A stretch of 64,000 bases of DNA from a virus. Taxonomy: Duplodnaviria > Caudoviricetes. Positions within the stretch are counted from its first letter, which is position 1; each line of letters starts with the position of its first letter. Location of the stretch: positions 32,001 through 96,000 of the IMG/VR virus record IMGVR_UViG_3300005546_000001; one strand, 5' to 3'. This document shows positions 57,219 through 64,000 of this stretch, piece by piece. The notes under the pieces were generated by a model. It ran no database searches. It was given only the letters and a program-made list of their open reading frames with translations, and had not been told where the DNA came from. The translations under genes were made by a program, and so were the position numbers.

Positions 57219-57564
57219 TGTCTGGTAGAATCTCCATCCGTTCGGCTGTCACGACATCCCTAAAAAGGTTTCCGTAATAAAATCCTTTCCATTTGACATC
57301 GTAAAGACGAACTCTCTTCACAACCACAGGGCTGCACTCATTCCTTGCAAATCTTTTGGCTTTGTGTTTTCTAAAAAAGGCGTGAAACCCTTTATCTGGA
57401 TTTTCATCTAGTTCGCCAAGAGTGCCATCAGAATTATAAATCTTTCCTACTTCATAAGATAAATTTTTATAAATCGGAGAAAATAATCTATCATTTTTTA
57501 CCAAGAATACCTTCCACGCTAGCATTTCTGGCATAATAAACTCTTTTGCATTTGAAATACACAT
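57214..57564 (-). CDS. Hypothetical protein
   Basis: AWKVF...GFHAF phage motif. Confidence 0.55.
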   Translation of the reverse strand: MCISNAKEFIMPEMLAWKVFLVKNDRLFSPIYKNLSYEVGKIYNSDGTLGELDENPDKGFHAFFRKHKAKRFARNECSPVVVKRVRLYDVKWKGFYYGNLFRDVVTAERMEILPDN

Positions 57565-57572
57565 TTTTCCTC

Positions 57573-58001
57573 CTAGCTCACCATCTTTGAATGATTTGAA
57601 AAATCAAGAACTTCTCCAGTAATCCCACCTAGTACAAAAATACTTCCCGGCTGAAGTACTAGAGTGTGTCCCGCTGGAACAGTTTTTATTTCAGAAGTTT
57701 GTAGTGGAGTAGTTACAGAATCAAATAACATGACCGCATCTGAAACTGGCGCACAATTTATCAGAACCTCGTAATGTTTCGCCAAAACCGCAACGTGCGT
57801 AATTTCCCACGGCTCCTCTGCGCGAGGAAAAACAACCGGAAATCTGTTTGTCACCCCCCAACATGCTCCGTAAAGACTTGCCATCGGCTCTCCAAACCAC
57901 GCCCTGAAATATGCTTCGTAATCTATTTCAGAACCATCTTCAATCGGTGAGCCTTTCCATAACCCAATTTCAAGTTCTATCGGCGCGAATTGCGGTATCA
58001 T
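57573..58001 (-). CDS. Tail-fibre/structural-family protein
   Basis: TN...V.FP.A...W.ITHVA...KTV.AG. Confidence 0.45.
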   Translation of the reverse strand: MIPQFAPIELEIGLWKGSPIEDGSEIDYEAYFRAWFGEPMASLYGACWGVTNRFPVVFPRAEEPWEITHVAVLAKHYEVLINCAPVSDAVMLFDSVTTPLQTSEIKTVPAGHTLVLQPGSIFVLGGITGEVLDFSNHSKMVS

Positions 58002-58595
58002 TTTAGTCGCCCTTTCTTGCTACTTTTTTCTGAGCTACATCGTACACCAAATACTGCTCGGCTTCTTCTTTAGGGATTTCTTTCCAACCTTGTATTTCAA
58101 TTCCTTCGATTTCTTCCCATTCATAACTATCTATAGTTTCCTTGACGGCACTTTGAATTTGTTCTGGATCAAGGACCTGAAAGAAGCTGTAAAAAGATTT
58201 GCCACCCAGCGCCGCGTTGTCCGGCACAATGAGATACAAATCAGAACTCAGAGTCTTTGAGACTTCTACCTTAAGATACTTACTCATTCAGCCTCCAATC
58301 CATCATAGAAATACAAGTCGTCATCATCGTGCCCAACAGATGTTGGCTCCCAAGTATCGCTGCAATCAGGAGCAAAGCATTTGGCTTCATACCACTCATC
58401 CCAATAGTGATCGAATGTTTCTTGTGTTGGAAACGGTTGGACATGACCGGCCCCACATTCTGGAGCATCCCATCCAGTTAATTCTTGCAGATAGCGAGCA
58501 ATCGCTTTCTTTCTATCCGTAAAAATCATCGGATCGAAAGCAGGAATTCCGCCGACTATTTCTTCAATTACATAGAATTTCATTTCCCCCCCCCC

Positions 58596-60473
58596 CTAAG
58601 ATTTATCTGACCAGTTATGCCCGACCTTTCCTTCTGCCATTGCTGGTACTGCTGTTAAACATTGATTCATACAGTCAGTCATGATTTTTTTCTGTAACTC
58701 GTGGACTTCCTCCATCTCTCGCTCCGGGCCTTCAACTACAATTTCATCGTGAATAAAAGCTGCTGGACGACTCGAATACCCGCCAACCCGAAGCGCCCTC
58801 GACACCGCACCAAGCGCCATCTTCGCCCCGTCAACCTCGGTCATACAAATTTCATAGTTCACGGCGCGATTGGGTGTAAAGAAATTATCCGGAATCCACA
58901 CCCGGCGCCCTAGCGGAGAAAGGCAGTATCCCCGATCTCTAACAATTGGCGGTCGTTCCTCGTGCCACCGCGCAACCCCCGGCAATGCTCTGAAAAAACT
59001 ATCAATCTCCCGCTGGGCTTGCCCGTAACTCATTTCCAGCCGAGTTTCATCCAAGCGTGTTTGCATAAACTTTTTTGTACCCGACATAAACAACAAGCTA
59101 AGAGTCAGAGTTTTATAAGCAAACCGCTGAACGTTTGTAATCTTATCTTTTGGGATTCCTAGACCATTGCTTGCAATTCTTCTGTAAGGATCGGCGTTTG
59201 GGAGATTAAACTCCTCGATCAATGAGTTTTCGTTTGCAAAAGGGGTGTCTGCAACAATTCTCAATTGATTATTTGCAAAGTCAACAATGGAAAAAAGATT
59301 TCCATCTCCGGCTTTGATTGTTTGCCTAAAAGAATAATCGAACTTGAAGTTCTTTATGAGACAAGGAGTAGACACCGCCGGTCCCCAACTGTTTGGTCTA
59401 GGAAAATTAAGATTTGGTTTAGAAACCTGACATCTGTGCTGCCATTGTGCGATCTGGCGCACGTCTGGGTGGATACGATTCGTTATTGGATGAATATAAT
59501 TCAATAACGGTGCGCAGTATGTTGAGAGATTTTGAGAAAGAGACGCGTAGTCCACCAGCGCGTCCACCAAATCGGGGAACTGTTTTCTATGTGGTAGCAG
59601 AGCTTCTTTAGCCGACGATTCTACTTCTTGTTTTTTCTTGCTGTCCCACTTCTTAGGAGTCAACCCTGTTTTTTCTTTAAACGCAACAATTAATTGCTGC
59701 GGGGAATCTATGTTGATACTTTCCTGCCCAAATAGCCCAATTTGTTTTGAAGGAAACTCAGCAGCGAAGTACTTCTTGAGTTCGGCTAGACGGGATGTAA
59801 TTGCTTCCGTTATCAAGCCGTGGACTTCCCGGTCGATTACCAGCCCATTCAATTCCATGTCCGCCAGCCCAAGTACGGCATCAAATTCAATCTTAGCTGA
59901 ACGAACCATTCCAAACTCAATTAGTTTTTGTCTAAGGATTTTATATATCGGAATCAGAACTTCCGAGTCACGCCAAGCATAGATTTTCTGTTCTTCACTA
60001 AGCCCTTCGCCCCAATCTGATTGTTGTTGATCCTTTGGCAGAATCTCATTTAGGTATCTCGCAGCCAAAGTATCCAACCGGCTCTTCCAAGTAAAATCGT
60101 AAGCCGGCTTCAATAAAATATCCGCTAGCATCGTGTCAAAAATAGGATCGGGATAAACTCCGAACTGATTGAGAAAGAAACTCGTTTCAAACTTGGCGTT
60201 GTGAATAATCTTCAGGATTTTTGGTTCGGAAAGAACATCAAGAATCGGCTGAATATCCGTGACATAATTCAGGTCGATAATCCACGAGAGTTCTTCCGTA
60301 GCAATCTGAATCAGCCTGATGCGGGATTTAAAAGGATCGAGTCCTGCGTCTGGGTCGTGCTTCCAGCCGTCTACAGGAGTTGTTTCAACGTCCAACCCGA
60401 TAACGCCAGCAGTGCGGCAGAGTTCGGTTATCTTCGGGAGCCATGAATTTTTCTGTACATAAAAACGTTTCAT
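58596..60473 (-). CDS. polA: Family A DNA polymerase with 3'-5' exonuclease
   Basis: LDVET, HNAKFE, YA..D; motif A DFANNQLR, motif B R...K, motif C IHDE; start MKRFY. Confidence 0.9.
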   Translation of the reverse strand: MKRFYVQKNSWLPKITELCRTAGVIGLDVETTPVDGWKHDPDAGLDPFKSRIRLIQIATEELSWIIDLNYVTDIQPILDVLSEPKILKIIHNAKFETSFFLNQFGVYPDPIFDTMLADILLKPAYDFTWKSRLDTLAARYLNEILPKDQQQSDWGEGLSEEQKIYAWRDSEVLIPIYKILRQKLIEFGMVRSAKIEFDAVLGLADMELNGLVIDREVHGLITEAITSRLAELKKYFAAEFPSKQIGLFGQESINIDSPQQLIVAFKEKTGLTPKKWDSKKKQEVESSAKEALLPHRKQFPDLVDALVDYASLSQNLSTYCAPLLNYIHPITNRIHPDVRQIAQWQHRCQVSKPNLNFPRPNSWGPAVSTPCLIKNFKFDYSFRQTIKAGDGNLFSIVDFANNQLRIVADTPFANENSLIEEFNLPNADPYRRIASNGLGIPKDKITNVQRFAYKTLTLSLLFMSGTKKFMQTRLDETRLEMSYGQAQREIDSFFRALPGVARWHEERPPIVRDRGYCLSPLGRRVWIPDNFFTPNRAVNYEICMTEVDGAKMALGAVSRALRVGGYSSRPAAFIHDEIVVEGPEREMEEVHELQKKIMTDCMNQCLTAVPAMAEGKVGHNWSDKS

Positions 60474-61694
60474 TATTTGTCGCAAAAACAAGGACGAAGA
60501 TAATTGCATTTCTTGCAATATGTATTTTCACCCTGATATTCATGATGGGGATAGTAAATAATGCGATCAGATGGTTTTTTATTCAGTTCAATGGATTTTT
60601 CTTTCTTTCTAATCATTTCACCTCCAACTATTTTAGTCAATCAAATCCAAGTATTTCTTCGTCTTCTCCAACCAATCCTTCAACCGTTTCCGATTCAGTT
60701 AATAGATAAACTGCATCACCTGAAATAAAACTATCGTTATCGAAGTCATCTATAACCCAACACCACACATCATTTATTTTGATTGGAGAAATAAACGCAC
60801 CAGTTGTAAATGCCGTGGTCGCATTAGTTATTTTCATTCTTCCTCCCCGTCAAACCATTTGCAATTTTCAGCAGCCGAAATCGGCAACCCCGAAGTTTCA
60901 AAAACTTTCATGCTCGTAAATGTTTTCCCACCCCACTTATCAAGTCCGCAACTTATTTTCATCACGCGGCTGTTGTCGAACAGCGTGGTAGTACTCTCCG
61001 CGAGTTGTCGGCCCGTCACGTTTTCCGGCTTCATTAATTTCAAAGTACACCAGCTACAATCGGCACAGTTCTTTTGCATTTATAATCCTTGCTCACACTC
61101 ATCATAAGAATGTAAATCAAACTCATCAGCACAATACTGTTTAACTGCCAACGCATGGAGACAAAGATTTTTGTTTTTATCAATTTCCTGTTTGAGTTTG
61201 ATATTTTCTGATTCTAGTTTAAAAACTCTTCGGCGCAACGACTTTAATTCTTTCTCTTTCTCTGCACCCAAGACTGAATCCGGAACATCAATTTTTATTT
61301 TACTCATTTTTCTCCTAAAATCTGCTCCATTGCAGCGCCGGAGTCTCCAGCATTCTCCGAGATTATTTGTACAGCCCGTCTGCGTTCTGAAAATGTCCTT
61401 GCGCGGACGAGTGCGGCGCATGTTTCTTTTTGTTCAACTAGAATTCTGGCGTATTTTGTATGAAGATCGGTTATTTCTTTTTTATGTTCGTCAATTGTGA
61501 TGACTTCGCCACCTACAAATTCTACACCATCTTTAATAGCATAGTGAAGTTTACCAAATGCATACCAATCTGGCTGAAGATAAAATTTCATCTTTCTTTC
61601 CTTACACCAATTAAAATAGGAATCCCAAAAGCTGTTACAATAAACAGCCCAATAGCTGCGCCAGCTAAGAATGCGTTGAGTTTCATGTTTGCTC

Positions 61695-62036
61695 CTAATT
61701 TATGAACTCAAACTGAATTCCGACTTCATTACCGAGTTCGATAATTTTAGCTTCGCGTTCTGAATCATTTGTAATTGATTCTGTATCGTTTACGAGCATT
61801 AACTGATCAGCGATTTTATTATCAAAATAATCAGAATCATCATAATCTTTGGTAACTAAATCCGGTAAAATTGTTGGTATATTTGCTGGCGATGTTAGTC
61901 CGTTAATTTCATCTTTTGTAGCCCCCGCTGCTAAAGCAGCAAACCCCAAACAACACATTTTCTTATCGGATTCCCTAAGTAAGAAAGAATTTAAATCGCC
62001 CCGCAACCACCGTTGTCTATCTACCCTGACTTTCAT
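61695..62036 (-). CDS. Hypothetical phage protein
   Basis: W.RG...MCCLG motif. Confidence 0.55.
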   Translation of the reverse strand: MKVRVDRQRWLRGDLNSFLLRESDKKMCCLGFAALAAGATKDEINGLTSPANIPTILPDLVTKDYDDSDYFDNKIADQLMLVNDTESITNDSEREAKIIELGNEVGIQFEFIN

Positions 62037-62037
62037 T

Positions 62038-62676
62038 TTATTCTCCTTTAATTATTTCTTGAATTTCCGGACTCTCAATCAACGCGACTAGCGCCATTTC
62101 GAGTGTTAAAATCTCGTGGCGTTTCTCGCGTGGCTCCTGTGCTAACTTGGCAACTAAATTAGTTGTGGTCGAAAACAAGTCGTACAAACTCTCATTCACT
62201 ATCAATTTGATTTCTCGAACATCTTCGATGCCAAGGCGCTCTTTCTCTCTGTGTACAGTTTCTTTAAAAGCCTGAGTTTCTTGGCGCGAGCGGGCAGTCT
62301 TCGCTTGTTCTAAAATCTCAGGATCGATTCGGCCTTCACTTGCTTGAGCGAGCATTGCTAAATCCCCAACCCTACTCAGTGGAACTTCTTTTGCAATCTC
62401 CGGGTCAACCCCCGCCAGTAAAAGTTTCCTCATAGGGAGCAACCAGTTTCCTACCGTAGTTACGGGGAGATTTAAAGTTGTATGTATGTAGTCACTCCAG
62501 TTGTTGTACCCAAGATCGCGCCAGAGTTCATCTTTCCATATCGGATGCAAAACCGAAGCGAACGACCACCACTTTTCGTGCAGCACGTCCCGAAGCCGCT
62601 GAGCTTCTTTATCCAACGCTTTCGCTCTCGCCAGCCTCTCCGCGCTAGACTCTGCTACTGTAGCTATTTCAGTCAT
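62038..62676 (-). CDS. Helical putative DNA-binding protein
   Basis: LW..LGY..W.DY....L.L HTH-like segment. Confidence 0.45.
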   Translation of the reverse strand: MTEIATVAESSAERLARAKALDKEAQRLRDVLHEKWWSFASVLHPIWKDELWRDLGYNNWSDYIHTTLNLPVTTVGNWLLPMRKLLLAGVDPEIAKEVPLSRVGDLAMLAQASEGRIDPEILEQAKTARSRQETQAFKETVHREKERLGIEDVREIKLIVNESLYDLFSTTTNLVAKLAQEPREKRHEILTLEMALVALIESPEIQEIIKGE

Positions 62677-62874
62677 TAAATTCCAAGTCTTCCGGCGCTA
62701 ACTCAATTTTGCTCCAAATAAATGTAGCAATATCTTCCCCACAATTATTGCAGTTTATGACACCATCCGCATAATCATCTGCTATATTATACAAATGATA
62801 TCCGTCAGTAGACTCACAATTTGGGCAGTTCGGTGAAACTTCTTCTAGTTCATGTTCACGATGATATGGACAGT

Positions 62875-63288
62875 TCATTTCGTTTCTCCTTGTGCATACA
62901 GTTCAATCTTTCCTACTCTCATGCCCAGCGCGCGGTTACAGACTGAGCAAAATGTTAGCACCCCGGTCGAACCTTCCAGCGCTCCCAATCCCAAAATTCT
63001 GTATGTCCCAGATTCTTTGTGTGTGTCGCTGAACTCCACCAATCTGAAAACCCTGTCGATTTCCAGATGTTCAGTTCGTACCACAGCATCACGGTCTTCT
63101 TCCAAATCTACGAAGTAAATCTGAGCGTTCTTTACTTCAAGAATCCGCGCTGCGAAGTGTCTCAAGTCTTTTGTGCGGTGAGCATGTTCTTTGATTTGTG
63201 CTCCGGCTTCTACGTGCCAAATCATTCCACCCATCCCAAGCACAAAAACCACCAGAACTAAAATAGTCGTCCTTAGATTAGTTTTCAT
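62875..63288 (-). CDS. Membrane-anchored hypothetical protein
   Basis: N-terminal TM. Confidence 0.5.
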   Translation of the reverse strand: MKTNLRTTILVLVVFVLGMGGMIWHVEAGAQIKEHAHRTKDLRHFAARILEVKNAQIYFVDLEEDRDAVVRTEHLEIDRVFRLVEFSDTHKESGTYRILGLGALEGSTGVLTFCSVCNRALGMRVGKIELYAQGETK

Positions 63289-63554
63289 TGTTCCCTCCTA
63301 TTCTTGATTTTCTAGAAATTCTAGAAGATCTTCTTCATTCTTAACATCCACCAGAACCCACCCACAGTTTTGACATTGGTATCTTTCAACAAATCCATAA
63401 GTAGTTTCTTGATCTCCGTATTCAACATAAGCGCCAGTAGTTTCTCCACTCTTATCCGTAATCGGGTAAATTGAAGCAATCTCACTTGTGACTGTGCAGT
63501 CGTCCATTACTTCTTCAAGCACAGTCCATCCACAATCTGGACATTTAAAATCTT

Positions 63555-63896
63555 TCATTTCTTTTCCTTCTTTAAAACTAATTGAGCGGGCGGCGACTCC
63601 AAATAATCCGCTGCGCGTCGTAGCCGAACTGGGTCGTCTCTGAACTTAGCGATTGCTTTGTTGCAACTCCAACAAAGCAAACCTCTTACACGATCTCGGC
63701 ACTGCGCTCCCTGAAATTTTTTATCCTTCAGGACGTGTTTGTGGTCAACTGACAGATTGTTTTTTGCGGGGAGCCGCATGCAAATCGCGCAGCGTCCATT
63801 TTGAAACTTTAGTATTCTACAGTATTCCTGCCAAGAAATCCCGTAGGTTCTTTTTAGCCTCGCATTCTTTGCGCGCTGTTGGAGAGTTAGTTTCAC
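63555..63896 (-). CDS. Endonuclease VII-like nuclease
   Basis: QNGRCAIC, VDH.H, VRGLLC..CN. Confidence 0.9.
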   Translation of the reverse strand: MKLTLQQRAKNARLKRTYGISWQEYCRILKFQNGRCAICMRLPAKNNLSVDHKHVLKDKKFQGAQCRDRVRGLLCWSCNKAIAKFRDDPVRLRRAADYLESPPAQLVLKKEKK

Positions 63897-64000
63897 TTGA
63901 GAATTTTTATCACCCGCTCTGTTGCATAGCTTTCGGGGCTATAAATATAAATAAGATCCCCTATATTAAATAGGGATGCCATGCCAATAAGAATACACAA

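Larger units (their letters stand above)
2083..63267. repeat. Dispersed palindrome ACTA-WWW-TAGT (29 exact copies)
   Basis: Positions listed in findings. Confidence 0.85.

Noticed and set aside
22987-63973. Plus-strand ORFs antisense to the minus-strand gene block
   Set aside because: Fully overlapped by motif-bearing minus-strand genes and show no recognisable domains
1-64000. Stop-codon reassignment
   Set aside because: Long conserved genes are intact in code 11, all three stops are used and no suppressor tRNA was found; the single TAA in the HNH gene is isolated

Overview
64 kb segment of a large tailed dsDNA bacteriophage genome (standard genetic code, roughly 40% GC, no rRNA or CRISPR array). 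The + strand (1-22.6 kb) carries tail and virion-fibre genes, an antisense LAGLIDADG homing endonuclease, a phosphatase/ClpP/exonuclease group and a 5.6 kb non-coding operon (14.46-20.70 kb). That operon has a near-consensus sigma70 promoter, 31 tRNA genes covering all 20 amino acids, a truncated tRNA-Gly next to an HNH gene, a YrlA-type Y RNA (permuted tRNA mimic), several structured spacer RNAs and a tmRNA-tag-like RNA. It is followed by a small membrane and PAS-domain module. The - strand (22.6-64 kb) carries early/middle genes: macrodomain, SLOG, phosphoesterase, a nucleotide-sugar and glycosyltransferase island (Gmd, ColD/RfbH-like, RmlD-like, cupin, about 7 GT-like genes), DNA methyltransferases, nucleotide metabolism, a beta clamp, primase-like protein, DnaB, SpoU methyltransferase, PD-(D/E)XK nuclease, a divergent family A polymerase and endonuclease VII. 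The most unusual signals are: (1) palindrome ACTA-WWW-TAGT found 29 times by eye against about 0.4 expected; (2) systematic U33->C33 in tRNAs with G35; (3) variable-arm anomalies in Leu and Ile(UAU) tRNAs; (4) the Y RNA and other ncRNAs; (5) a PolA with Gln at the steric-gate position. A Gram-negative host is inferred from the outer-membrane barrel; Acidobacteriota is a weak guess. All calls were made by eye, with no database searches.
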